This document shows positions 25,855 through 38,459 of a stretch of DNA of 64,000 nucleotides, piece by piece (the stretch's first letter is position 1; each line of letters starts with the position of its first letter). The notes beneath the pieces were generated by a model, which saw only the letters and a list, made by a program, of their open reading frames with translations, made no database searches and had not been told where the DNA came from. The stretch spans positions 140,678,001-140,742,000 of the forward strand of contig NC_043000.1 in the NCBI RefSeq assembly GCF_006345805.1. Direction: 5' to 3'. The position numbers were made by a program, and so were the translations under genes. This DNA is from Octopus sinensis (Eukaryota).

Positions 25855-26303
25855 GTGGCATCCATGCTAGTGGAGCGCTAAGAGTACCATACAAGCGTGA
25901 TCGTTGCCAGAGCAACAAGCTTACCTCCGTGCTGGTGGCACGTAAAAAACACCATTAAAGCGTGATGTTTACCAGCATCACCTTACTGGCACTTGTGCTG
26001 GTGGCACTTGAAAAAATACATTGGAGCGAGGTCGTTGCCAGTACTATACAGGTGGCACATAAAAAGCACCATTTGAGCATCGCCGTTGCCAGTACCACCT
26101 GACTAGCCCTCGTGCCAGTGGCACGTAAAATCACCCACTACACTCTCAGAGTTGTTGGCATTAGAAAGGGCATCCAGCTGTAGAAACTCTGCCAGATCAG
26201 ATTGGAGTCTGGTGCAGCCATCTGGTTCACCAGACCTCAGTCAAATCGTCCAACCTATGCTAGCATGGAAAGTGGACGTTAAACGATGATGATGATGATG
26301 ATG
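25855..26303 (+). mobile_element. RTE 3'-UTR fragment (family E variant)
   Basis: Several GGTGGCAC..AAAA..CACC modules and a (GAT)n tail. Confidence 0.8.
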
Positions 26304-26595
26304 AATGCTAGAGTATTTCAGTTCAAATCCCCTGAAAATATAAGAAAAATTAGCCAGGCATAATGATCTGATACTGCAAAAAGAAAATATGTTCGATAGT
26401 GAAAGTAGGTTGTGCAGCATAGATTAAGATTATGTTATTGATAAAAGGGAGTGGGGAACAATTATGGCATAAGTTTTATCATAAATATACTACTGAGTGA
26501 TACAAATTGAGGATGATGAGGATCATGTTGCCTTGTTGATTTTATCAAAAAGGAACGTTATCTATAAAGCACTGAAAATAAATGTTTAATATTCG

Positions 26596-26801
26596 CTCTC
26601 TTTACTCTTTTACTTGTTTCAGTCATTTGACTGTGGCCATGGTGGAGCACCGCCCTTAGTCGAGCAAATCGATCCCAGAACTTATTCTTTGGAGGCCTAG
26701 TACTTATTCTATCGGTCTCTTTTTGCCGAACCGCTAAGTTACAGGGACGTAAACATACCAGCATCGGTTGTCAAGTGATGTTAGGGGACAAACACACACA
26801 C

Positions 26802-26850
<49 letters not shown>

Positions 26851-27011
26851 TACGACGGTCTTCTTTCAGTTTCCGTCTACCAAATCCACTCACAAGGCTT
26901 TGGTCGGCCTGAGTCTATAGTAGAAAACACTTGCCCAAGGTGCCACGCAGTGGGAATGAACCTGGAACCATGTGGTTGGTAAGCAAGCTACTTACTACAC
27001 AGCCACTCCTA
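26596..27011 (-). mobile_element. SINE family A
   Basis: Reverse-complement match to family A. Confidence 0.88.
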
Positions 27012-27749
27012 TATTGAAATTATTATGTTGGTATTAGCTGTTAAATAAAAATCATCTTAGGATTAGACCAAGAAGCTGTTAAAAAAGAAAATAGCCAAAA
27101 TGTTTTCCAATGGACACATTGAAAGCCTTCAATTGCAAAGTTAATTAATTATGAGATACCTCATAAAAGGCAATCACCAGTCAATTCCTAACTGATCCTC
27201 AAGAGTGAGAAGAAATCTCACAATTTGCCTATGTGAATATTGTATGTTAAAAATATGTGTGACATATTTTCTTTGTTTCCTGGGTGAGATATTGTTTTGT
27301 AGAATGCAACACAAGTTTTTAAAGTGATGCACATTTATATACACACCATTCTCTGTTTCCAAATGTGAGCTCATAGGTCTAATTTTTGTGTAATTGAATT
27401 TAAGCTCTGAGTTACTTAATTTTTGAAGCTTCCCCAATGAATTTATTTCTCCACATATTAATGTTTTTGTTCATTAATATTGGTTGCAGATATATTATTT
27501 GTTGTTCTTCTCTATTTAATTCCAGATACTGAATGCTAGCCCTTCTTAGACCTTTATAGCATTTGAAGCCTTTTGAACTCTCACTCCTTAATTGACCCAT
27601 ACAAATCTCCTATTTTGTATTCATGAGCTGAAAGTCATGAACAGGAAACAATTCGTCTTTTATGAGACAGATGTCCAATAAATTAATTAGGCTAATAGCC
27701 ATTGTATTATTTTACCAATCTATCCTCTGATGAAGAGAACAAAAGAAAG

Positions 27750-29270
27750 TGTTGCGCCTGTTAGATAAAAGAAAATACTCAGGAGGAAGTACCAAAGGAG
27801 TGAAGAAACACTGACGAAATATACATTTTATGAAGAAACTGAATTACTACTACTGAATTCGAAGCAGTTTCCAAATACAAACCATCACCAAATCTAAGTG
27901 ATTCTTCAACTTCAGGCAATTTATCAGTTTCAATTGAGAACACAACAAAAAAATGCCAGTTATTGTTTTAAAAGATGCTGGTCAAAATCCAGGCAAAATT
28001 GACAATGACATACTGGTACATTAAGTTTCGTCTGTAGTTCAGTATCTTATTTCTGATTTCTTTATTGCCCACAAGGAGCTAAACATAGAGGGGACAAACA
28101 AGGACAGACAAAGGGATTAAGTCGATTACATCAACTCCAGTGCGTAACTGGTACTTAATTTATCAACTCCGAAAGGATGAAAGGCAAAGTCAACCTCGGC
28201 GGAGTTTGAACTCAGAACGTATAGACAGACGAAAAAATGCTAAGCATTTCGCCCGGTGTACTAACGTTTCTGCCAGCTCGATTTCTATGAAGTGCTACTT
28301 TAGGGTAGATCAGTTAAAAGGTAAACAAGAAAACTGATATTTGAGTAATTTTTTCTAAAAGCTATTCCTAAAGGTGAAAATATGTTGAAAAGTAGGATGG
28401 TGTACTCTCTTTCTGAGGATGCTTTGTACTCCTTTTTTGTTTTTTTCTTGCGGACTGTCACTCACATTTTAATTTGGTGGATATATTCAATGTGAGGTGG
28501 AAAGTGAATACTAAATTGATTGAGCATGAATCTAGCATAGCAGAAGCTCAGGCTTTCACAAATGTAAGGAGTTGGAAATTAGGATTGCTTGTAGAACTAT
28601 AACTGATAAAAAAATTAGTACAAGCTGTTAAAAATGAAGTGAAGAAGGGGAAAGAGTTAGTTTTATAGGTGGCTGATATCGTTAAATTTGTAGTTGAACC
28701 GAAATTGGCTTAACATGATCACCAAGAAGAAAGTGGAATCTGAAACAATGAAAGATAAAGAAAATTATTTAGGATTACTTCATTTCCTAGTAAACTATGA
28801 TCTATGCAAAGTGACCTTCTTCCAAGAATCAAACAGAAAAGATGTTTGCTTCTTCCGGTGTCTCACCTGATATGCTAAATGAAGCTTAGAAAATTTGGAA
28901 GAAAAAAATAAGGAGTAACATCATTAAGAATGCAAAACAAATTAAACACATTTTGGTATTATTAGAAAGTACTTCAATATTCCATACAAAGAACAAACAA
29001 GCCAAATTTTATACCAAGCTGTGATTGATGGAGATAAAGGGAAGATTGTGCAATCATTTGTTGACTTCATAACGACCAAACATAAAATTGCTGAGAATAT
29101 CACGACTATGATTTCGTGAAAATTAAAACTGTTTTAACCGACGTTTAAAATTACAAAGTACAAGTATGTGACAATGTGGCTACTGATGGCTGGTCAATAT
29201 ATTGTGTTCAGAGATTATGACTAAAATTAATCAAAAGACAGAATTGGACACTTGAGCAAATCATACACAT
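27750..29270 (+). pseudogene. heavily decayed hAT (ZMYM1/Tip100-like) transposase, interrupted by SINE C
   Basis: Ordered motif remnants from manual translation: MVYSLSEDALY, EHESS, NYLGL..LVNYD, FGII....KEQTSQIL, SFVDF, DNVAT..GQ..VQ. Confidence 0.55.
28058..28280 (-). mobile_element. SINE family C
   Basis: Head GAGCTGGCAGAAACGTTAG...GAGTTCAAA, central GACTTTGCCTTTCATCCTTTCGG..GATAAATTAAGTACCAG (resembles the Meta/MESC domain as I recall it), tail AAAGAAAT. Confidence 0.85.
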
Positions 29271-29595
29271 GATATATAAAATATAATTGAACTATAAACA
29301 AGTTTTGGTCCCCAGTGGATAGAAATGGGAATGTGATATCAACTTGCTGCTGTTGTACTAAGGAGTTCACACATAAATTCTCCTCTGGATCCAGTTGCAG
29401 ATATTTTATCATCATTTAATGTCTGTTTTCCATTTTAGCATGGGCTGGGAGGTTTGAGAGGATCTGGCCAGCTAGAGAACTGCCCAGGCCCTGATTGTTT
29501 CTTTTGGTATGGCTCTTAAGGCAGGATACCTTTTCTAATGCCAACCACTTTACAGAGTGTACTGGGTGCTTTACTTTGTACTTTTCTTTTATCTT

Positions 29596-29851
29596 TTATC
29601 TTTTACTTGTTTCAGTCATTTGACTGCGGCCATGCTGGAGCACCGCCTTTAATTGAGCAACTCAACCCCGGGACTTATTCTTTGTAAGCCCAGTACTTAT
29701 TCTATCGGTCTCTTTTGCCGAACCGCTAAGTGACAGGGACATAAACACACCAGCATCGGTTGTCAAGCAATGCTAGGGGGACAAACACAGACACACAAAC
29801 ATACACGCACACACACATATATATATACATATATACGACGGGCTTCTTTCA
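29596..29851 (-). mobile_element. SINE family A (5'-truncated), next to an older family E-like remnant at 29408-29575
   Basis: 3' half of family A only. Confidence 0.82.
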
Positions 29852-30954
29852 GTACTGGCACAGGTTCTTTTATATGTTACTGGACGGGTGCTTTTACATG
29901 GAACCAGCATGTGTGTGCACTAATTTTGGAAACCAAACTTGAAACTGAAACTTTAAAAATTCTCTTAAACTAATCCTAAACACTACTGATGATAGCAATC
30001 TCACCCCTCTCTTTAACTTTGCCTTTCTAAAACTAACATAGCCACAAACAACTTGACCAACTCTCCCTTTGGGACTCCTAACTTACTCCTCATTATGCAC
30101 AAGCATCTTTCTTATCCTCTTAGACAACAGTACTTACACACTAATGCTTTTGCATCTCAGTGACTAGCATAATATAGTACTCATTACCATAAATCCTCTG
30201 TACACTGCAACCCACTAATGGTTTACCACAATTTCCTCACTAACTCATTTCTCATTGAGGTGAATCTGATATAAAAACTTAATTTTTATTACAAACACTC
30301 CCTCTTCTTCTTATCTCTCAAAATAGAGTCTGAATATATATATATATATCTAAGAATTTCCAAAAGGTGAATTAATGGTCCTTACACTATCAAAACTATG
30401 ACCGTTCATATACCTGGATAAAAATATATATAACCCCTTATCATATTAGCTCTTATTTATTACTCCATTACCTTCTCTGTTCTATATTTTTATCAACAAA
30501 TTAATTTTTTATTTTCTCCCATTAATAATACGATTTTAAATACATCTTTAAACAAGTTCATACTAGCTGCAATGTTTATCCATTATCTTTGCCATCATCA
30601 TCACCGTCGTCATCATCATCATCATTATCATCATCATCGTCATCATCATCATCACCCATTACAACTTCACCAAGATTAATTATTATGATTTACATAATCA
30701 CTTTTATTATCAGCAACTTTATTACTACAATTTTTACTATTAACACCTCTATCAACATTTCTATGAACATTTTTACGATAAATGTCATCATTAACTTTAT
30801 TGCTGTTACTTTCTGCAATACAATTACGAGGCTGATGATGACGACAATGAAGGCAATGACGACGACGACGACGACGATGACGATGATGGTGACGACAAGG
30901 AGGAGGAGGAGGCGGAGTCAAAATTATAAAATCAAAACTGTTAACAAATAGTAT

Positions 30955-31535
30955 AACCATCTCCCAGAAGCTATAACCGAGGAAGAAAATGTAACAATTT
31001 TTGGGAGACTTTCCAGTACATACAGGCAAAACTATCAAAGCTAATATACTGGATATTGTTGTAAAAGACCACAATAATAACACTTGATTATTGATTGACA
31101 TGAGTATACCTTGTGATCATAATATTCCAGCAAAAGAATTTGACAAGCTGAGAAAATATAAATATTTGTTCATTGAAATCAAGCCAATGCAACATCTCTG
31201 GATAATTATAATATCAGTGATTGTAGGAGCACTAGGAATGATCAAAAATGGAAATGAAAATTAGATGATAATGACACCTTGCCTAGCATCCTTGCAGGAA
31301 GTGCAAAAGAATGTTTTGGTTTGTACTTCACACATATTGAGAAGAGCATTGTTGCTGTGAGAATGATTACCATTGATGTGAATAATTATTTTCTTCATAA
31401 CTTTATTTGATTTTGTGAATGAACAATTTGGTGTGTTAATTTGGATGGCCTATAAATGTTATACAATGAGTTTATTTGACCCAGATGTCTGGAAGACCCT
31501 TGGCAAGAAATGGAAACAAAATTGAAGGAAGAAGA

Positions 31536-31557
<22 letters not shown>
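30955..31557 (+). mobile_element. R4/Dong-clade LINE remnant (REL endonuclease, 3' UTR, (TAA)n tail)
   Basis: DFPVHTGKTIKANILDIVVKD...LLIDMSIPCDHNIPAKEFDKLRKY...VIVGALGMI...LQEVQKNVLVCTSHILRRAL*, ending in (TAA)n. Confidence 0.8.
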
Positions 31558-31559
<2 letters not shown>

Positions 31560-31570
<11 letters not shown>

Positions 31571-32420
31571 TTAACGTCTGTCGTTGATGCTAGCATGGGT
31601 TGAGCAGTTTGACTGGGTTGGCATGCTGGAAGGCTGCAGCACACTCCAATCTGATTTGGCATGATTTTCTATGGGCTGGATGTCAACGACTCCAAGAGTG
31701 TAATGGGTGCTTTTACATGCCACTGGCATGGGTGTCATTTGCATAACACTGGGGTGCATTTACTTGCCACTTGCATGGATGCCAATTTGCATGACACCAA
31801 TATCTGCCAAGATTGCAATTATTGTCGGCTTGATGGGTCTTCTCAAGCATGACATAATGCCCAATGTCTAGGTCATTGCCTCCATGAGGCCCAATATTTG
31901 AAAGGAACTCAGCTACTTTGCCTCCATGAGGCCCAACACTTGAAAGGAATTCGGACACTTTGTCTCCATGAGGCCTAATGTTCAAGAGGAACTCAGCCAT
32001 TTTGCTCCGTGAGGCCCAATATTCAAAAAATGTTTTTACGTGCTACCAGCTTAGGTGCACTTGATTTGACTGGTCCTCTTAAGCATAGGACATCACCAAA
32101 GGTCTCAGTCACCAGTCATTGCCTCTGTGAGGTTCAAAGTTCAAAGATCATGCTTCAGCACCTTGTCTCATGTTGTCTTACCCCCACCACAGGTTCCTTC
32201 CATAGTTAGAGAATGGCACTTCTTTACGCAGCTGTCCACGTCCATATGTTTCACATGACCATACCAGCACAATACATCTGATTCATTTCTCTTATGCCTA
32301 ACTTTTCACTGAAGATGCCAGTGAAGCATACTGGCTTCATTTTTTTCAAGCTTACACATGACCTCAGCTGTCATAGCCCATACAAAAACAGTTCAGATAT
32401 TTTAACTTAATGTAATAGCA
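31560..32420 (-). mobile_element. older RTE LINE 3' fragment (ORF C-terminus plus UTR with four ~39-bp repeats)
   Basis: Minus-strand LCWYGHVKHM...LNLTEAMTGD*DLW. UTR related to family E; tandem repeats at 31870-32025. Confidence 0.7.
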
Positions 32421-32912
32421 CTGTGAAAGCATTTCTACAAACAAAATTGGGTTCTTAAGAAACTCAAATTTTGTATCCTCTATGTGAAATAATTTGCCTA
32501 AATTGTTCCTTGTTACTATAAATCCCCACTGCTTCAATAAAATTACTTAACACTTTTTATATTAGCTTGCCTGCAATTATCTCTGATCCAACAATAAAAA
32601 GCTTCTTGTTATAAAGAGTTAATGTTTAAATTAAAACATTCAATAATGACTTTTTCTTAAGAACTTTTTATTAAGTTATATGTCAAATACAAACTTGATT
32701 ATGAAAAGTTTAATCATATTATGAATTTCTTTAAATTCTTTAGTATCTTCAAAAGGAATTAAAATAAGTAAGCAGTGTACTTAACAAGAAATACAGTTAC
32801 GAATTATTTTTACATATTTGCCAAAACTATTTATTTTCTTTCTAACATCAACATGTTTTTACCTCCGGCATATAGCCCTACAGAAAATTATAGCCCACTG
32901 CGAAAAGAGCAA

Positions 32913-33322
32913 GCTCTTTACTCTTTTACTTGTTTCTGTCATTTGACTGTTGCCATGCTGGAGCACCGCCTTTAGTCGAGCAAATCAACTCCAGGACTTA
33001 TTCTTTGTAAGCCTAGTGCTTATTCTATCAGTCACTTTTGCTGAACTGCTAAGTTACGGGGACGTAAACACACCAGCATTGGTTGTCAAGCGATGTTAGG
33101 GAGAACAAACACAAACACATAAACACACATGCACACACGCATATATATATACATATATATGACGGGCTTCTTTCAGTTGCCATCTACCAAATCCACTCAC
33201 AAGGCTTTGGTCGGCCCGAGGCTTAGTAGAAGACACATGCTCAAGGTGTCACGCAGTGGGAATGAAACCAGAAGCATGTAGTTGGTAAGCATGCTACTTA
33301 CCACACAGCCACTCCTGCCCCT
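32913..33322 (-). mobile_element. SINE family A
   Basis: Reverse-complement match to family A. Confidence 0.88.
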
Positions 33323-33663
33323 AAACATGATAATCATTTATCTAAATCGAATATGCCCTTTCTATTCAAGGCCAGAAACTATTTCAGACCCAATAATCTC
33401 TGACATTCTACAAAACCCAGCAGGGCTCCACAGTAGAGTAGTTCTCTGACATCTGGGTCAGTGCCACCACTACACATGCAAATAACCTGTATTGAATCAA
33501 GGGAAAGAAAACATGGCTCATTGGGATAACAATACTTATAGACACACTCCAGACTTTGAACTACATGTGTTTAGCCTCTTGTTTCTGCTTTGGAGCAAGC
33601 TGGTCTCATACCACCTTTACAAGGGAAGATCCAAATCTTGCTTCTCACCTCTACTCATTACCT

Positions 33664-33893
33664 ATTTCTTTACTACCCACAAGGGGCTAAACACAGAGGG
33701 GACAAGCAAGGACAGACAAACGGATTAAGTAGATTACATCGACCCCAGTGCATAACTGGTACTTAATTTATCGACCCCGAAAGGATGAAAGGCAAAGTCG
33801 ACCTCGGCGGAATTTGAACTCAGAACGTAACGGCAGCTGAAATACTGCAAAGCATTTCGCCTGATGTGCTAACGATTCTGCCAGCTCACTACC
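33664..33893 (-). mobile_element. SINE family C
   Basis: Full family C copy; imperfect TSD containing TCATTACC. Confidence 0.87.
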
Positions 33894-34979
33894 TTCTATC
33901 ATTACCAATATACCAAGACCAGCAGATATTTCAAACCTAAAATTCCCATTCTGCTAACTTTTCTACGACTGTCAACTTGCAGCTATTTATGTGAAATATT
34001 AATGACACCAATCTCACTGGTAATAAGAGGGTCTTTGAAAGCAGTGGCCATGGCTCTTTCTTCTAAATTCAAAGAAAAATAAAAGGTCTCAAGTCTACAT
34101 GTGCCTCATTGGCACCTAAACTCTGACCATTCAATCTATACCAGTATGGGAAACAGTCTTTAAATGAAGATGATGGTGATTTAGAAAGATAATATTTCTT
34201 AGATACTTTTGATGCAATCAGATCATCAACATTTAGAAAGATTGCATTGAAGAGCCTAGATTAATACTAAGCAGAAGAGAAGATAATAACTTAATCAGAA
34301 ACACCATGTTCTACAGCACAAAACACTGTTTTGGCTTCTGATAAAATACCATAGTGCTTGCAACAACAATTTCTTTCTTCTTAACTTTAGAAACAAGCTA
34401 AAACTGCCTTCCAAATATTAAAAAGCTAATGCTTTATATGTTACTGATGTTACAGAATTATTGTTGAAAATAGTATCAAGTTCTATCTCATAAGATATCA
34501 TATCTAACAGTACTAAGTGATATTATATCCAACAGCACTAAGACAAACCTCTTGTAAACAGGCTATCAATGTATGTATATGGTTTCTTTTAAAATTTCAA
34601 AAAGATTTCTATACTTGAAAAGTTAATTTGTTTTTTTATCTTCTTAAAACATAAAATACATAATTGAACAAAATTCACATATGTATTGTAATGATTTGGA
34701 AAGAAGACATCCCTGATAAAAATAAAGCTAATCGGAGTAATGTAGAAAGAGTGGTGGGCATGGAGATCTACAGTTATACTGAGTAGAAATAATTCTTTCA
34801 TGTACAACAAAAATGAATAAACTTGTCAAAAATGTGATAGTAACATACATATATGTGTTAGCTAATAAAAATTCAGAAATGATGTTTAACTAAACGCTTA
34901 CTAAAGTAGTTATACCTATAGGATTACAGATTCTAATAAAAAGTAAATATAAAATAAATATAGAAATAGTTGGTGAAGT

Positions 34980-35203
<224 letters not shown>

Positions 35204-35556
35204 AAAATAGGATAAGGTAGGAAATGCTAAGATAATTTTATCATGAAGAACATTTTGTACCAGCTTCAGTCTTTTCAACTTTTACAACTGAGAGTAAAGC
35301 AAAAAAAAAAAAGAAAAGAAAAACAATTGAATTGTGAAAAAATTAAATGAAATGTTTTTTTAAGCTATTCCCATAGTCTTCAAATTGGTAGGACATTTTC
35401 CAAGTTGAAAAATTGAAAAGAATGAAACTAGAACTAAAATGCTCTTCGTGATGAAATTATTTTAGCATTTTCTACCTTGTCTTATTTTCCTTATACATAT
35501 CAACCCATGTGTTACTTTTCAAACTTCTACACACACACACATATATATATAATATA

Positions 35557-35936
35557 GGAGCACTCCGTCGGTTACGATGATGAGGGTCCCAGCTGATACG
35601 ATCAACGGAACAGCTTGCTCGTGGAATTAACGTGCAAGTGGCTGAACATTCCACAGACACGTGTACCCTTAACGTAGTTCTCGAGGAGATTCAGCGTGAC
35701 ACAGAATGTGACAAGGCTGGCCCTTTGAAATACAGGTACAACAGAAACAGGAAGAAAGAGTGAGAGAAAGTTGTGGTGAAAGAGTACAGCAGGGTTCACC
35801 ACCACCCCCTGCAGGAGCCTTGTGAAGCTTTAGGTGTTTTCGCTCAATAAACACTCACAATGCCCGGTCTGGGAATTGAAACCGCGATCCTATGACTGTG
35901 AGTCCGCTGCCCTAACCACTGGGCCATTGCGCCTCC
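35557..35936 (-). mobile_element. SINE family B
   Basis: Homologous to 232-612. Confidence 0.87.
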
Positions 35937-36846
35937 ACTACATATATATACAAGTTTCATAAAGACTAGAGATATGTAATATTGGAGGAAGAACCTTCAT
36001 CAGTACCCAGGGCCATCTTAGCAGCATTATAGGCCTCTGGGTAAATCAGTGCACTGGACCCTATTGTATTTATTTATTGACAGCAAACCGTCATATACAG
36101 AGGTCAAAACTAAGCCCTTAGGCCCATGATGTTCCTGGGAAACTGCCTCATGAGTCCCTGCTTTCAGACAGCATTGTTGGTACTGGGTCTTTCATTTCCT
36201 TACACTGTTCTAATTTCTTGAGTTTTCCTCCTCCTCCCCCTCACCACCACCACCATTGTTTTAACATTTTTTCAATGCTTTCATTGGTTAGATGACACTA
36301 AGCTGGAGCAGAGTTCTTTACTCTCTGATGCCATTCCTAACGTGTTTCCAAGCAATGTATTAATTTCCCAGTCTTTCAAGCAACAAACAACCTAGACATG
36401 ATTACACAGAGAACAAAAAACAATCGACAATAGTTGAATGAGTCTTTCTTTTTTTTTTTGCAAAGATTGTGCAGCATGTCAAGACATGTCCAAGAGTCCA
36501 GACATATTTTTGTGGTGGAGTGAAAAATAATGACGTTGTTCCTTTGTGAGGCCATTGTTTACAACAAACATACATGTAGTCATTACTAATTCCCACAAAA
36601 ACAAACATACACATATGCAAATAAGCATACACATACATACTTAAGAAAATGAGGTGAAAAAGGAATAAATTGTTACCTTATGAACTTCCTTAGCTTACAG
36701 CTGTTTCTGCTATGAGATGCAGTGGACTCATAGTTGAGTGCCTGAGTAACACCTTATAGATTCATTGGAGCCTTGAGTATGAAGTACAATTTATCTGGGA
36801 AATGAATTACATTTATGCATATATATATAGGGAAAAGCATTATCAA

Positions 36847-37500
36847 ATGACTAGTGACTGAGACTTTTGGAAATATGTTGTGCTTGAGAAGACCCGGCAA
36901 GCCAAATCAGACCATAACCTTGTGGCCTATGCCAGGGGTGTAACCAGCCCACTTATGCGTACCTTTCCTTCATTGGACACTAAACTCTGTTTGCGAAAAC
37001 CTGTTGAGGCAAGTGAAATCTAAATCAAATCCAATGAAATTGAAATCAAATTCGATGACTAGCATCTGTGCAAGTGGAGCACTAAGAGCACCATCTGAGC
37101 ATGATTGTTGCCAGAGCAGCAAACTGTCTTCTGTGCCGTTGGCACGTAAAAAGCACCATTCGAGCGTGATCGTTATCAGCGTCGCCTTACTGGCACATGA
37201 AAAAGCATTTGAGCGAGGTCGTTGCCAGTGCCGCTTGACTGGCTCCAGTGCAGGTGGCACGTAAAAAACACCATTTAAGCATGGCCATTGCCAGTACCGC
37301 CTGACTGGCCCTTGTGCCGGTGGCACATAAAAGCACCCACTACACTCTCGGCATTAGGAAGGGCATCCAGCTGTAGAAACTCTGCCAGAACAAAATTGGA
37401 GCCTGGTGCAGCCATCTGGTTCGCCAGTCCTCACTCAAATCATCCAACCCATGCTAGCATGGAAAGCAGACGTTAAATGATGATGATGATGATGATGATG
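36847..37500 (+). mobile_element. 5'-truncated RTE LINE: last ORF codons plus complete 3' UTR (family E)
   Basis: Translates MTSD*DFWKYVVLEKTRQAK (RTE-type DRxxW C-terminus), then modules and (GAT)n. Links family E to an RTE ORF. Confidence 0.78.
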
Positions 37501-37734
37501 AATGAGAAAGTCAATGCAGATGTCACTTCATTTTCTTATTATCAGTCTTTACTTATCTAACATTTTGTTGTGAAGCAAACATCCCTTGAGCTCTACTCCA
37601 GGCCATTAGTTTTGCAATGCCTAACAATATATCTATATAAAATGAGTACCTGACTCCTTCAGGCTTGAAGGAAATGGACTATTGTTAGGAGCCTATGAAA
37701 CTTGAAATAGCATGGAACTGAATGAAACATTATG

Positions 37735-37820
37735 CTTCTGATGTGTTTGTGAAAATATCCTCAAGGTGTCGCCCTGTTTCTTCAGTGTAAAGAGCACCAC
37801 AGAGTTTACATATGATGTCT
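37735..37820 (-). pseudogene. Penelope-type GIY-YIG endonuclease fragment
   Basis: IICKLCGALYTEETGRHLEDIF fits the PLE pattern IxCxxCxxxYIGETGRxLxxRFxEH. Confidence 0.65.
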
Positions 37821-37852
37821 ATGTGTGTGTGTGTATACATGAATATTTCATA

Positions 37853-37911
<59 letters not shown>

Positions 37912-37954
37912 TTGGGTAGTCATCTAAAATTTTTGTGCATCTTGATGCTGACAT

Positions 37955-38064
37955 AAGTTCCTTACTTTTCCTGATGAGAAGGCGGTGTAATGCACCCCTT
38001 ATTCCTTCGAAATTAGGAATATGCAGCCTTCGAAACATATGTCGAAAATAAAACAAAGGAATTT
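37955..38064 (+). ncRNA. type I hammerhead ribozyme (PLE-type, palindromic stem III)
   Basis: TTTTC-CTGATGA-GAAGGC...GCCTTC-GAAA-CATATGTC-GAAAA. All core nucleotides are present and stems I, II and III pair. Confidence 0.8.
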
Positions 38065-38101
38065 TGTTAATTCGTCGTTCAACTCCATTCTTTCATTTAT
38101 T

Positions 38102-38134
<33 letters not shown>

Positions 38135-38139
<5 letters not shown>

Positions 38140-38409
38140 ATCCGAACGTGGCTGTAGCCAGTACCGCATCGACTGGCCTCCGTGCTGTGGGCACATAACA
38201 AACGCCATCCGATCGTGGCCGTTCGCCAGCCTCATCTGGCACCTGTCCGAAGACCCGGCAAGACTAGTCAGGCCATAGCCCGTGGCCCCTTCCTGGGACG
38301 TAGTCAGTCCACCTGTGCATACCTTCCTTCTTATGACACTTGTGAAGACCTGTTGAGGCAAGTGCTAATCAAATCAAATGACACTTGTGAAGACCTGTTG
38401 AGGCAAGTG

Positions 38410-38459
<50 letters not shown>

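Noticed and set aside
30589-31101. Ser/Thr-rich and His-rich ORFs
   Set aside because: Driven by (TCA)n and (GAC)n repeats and the antisense strand of the R4 remnant.
33340-34000. Possible old Jockey/CR1 LINE remnant around the SINE C copy
   Set aside because: Only faint motif similarity from manual translation; left uncalled.
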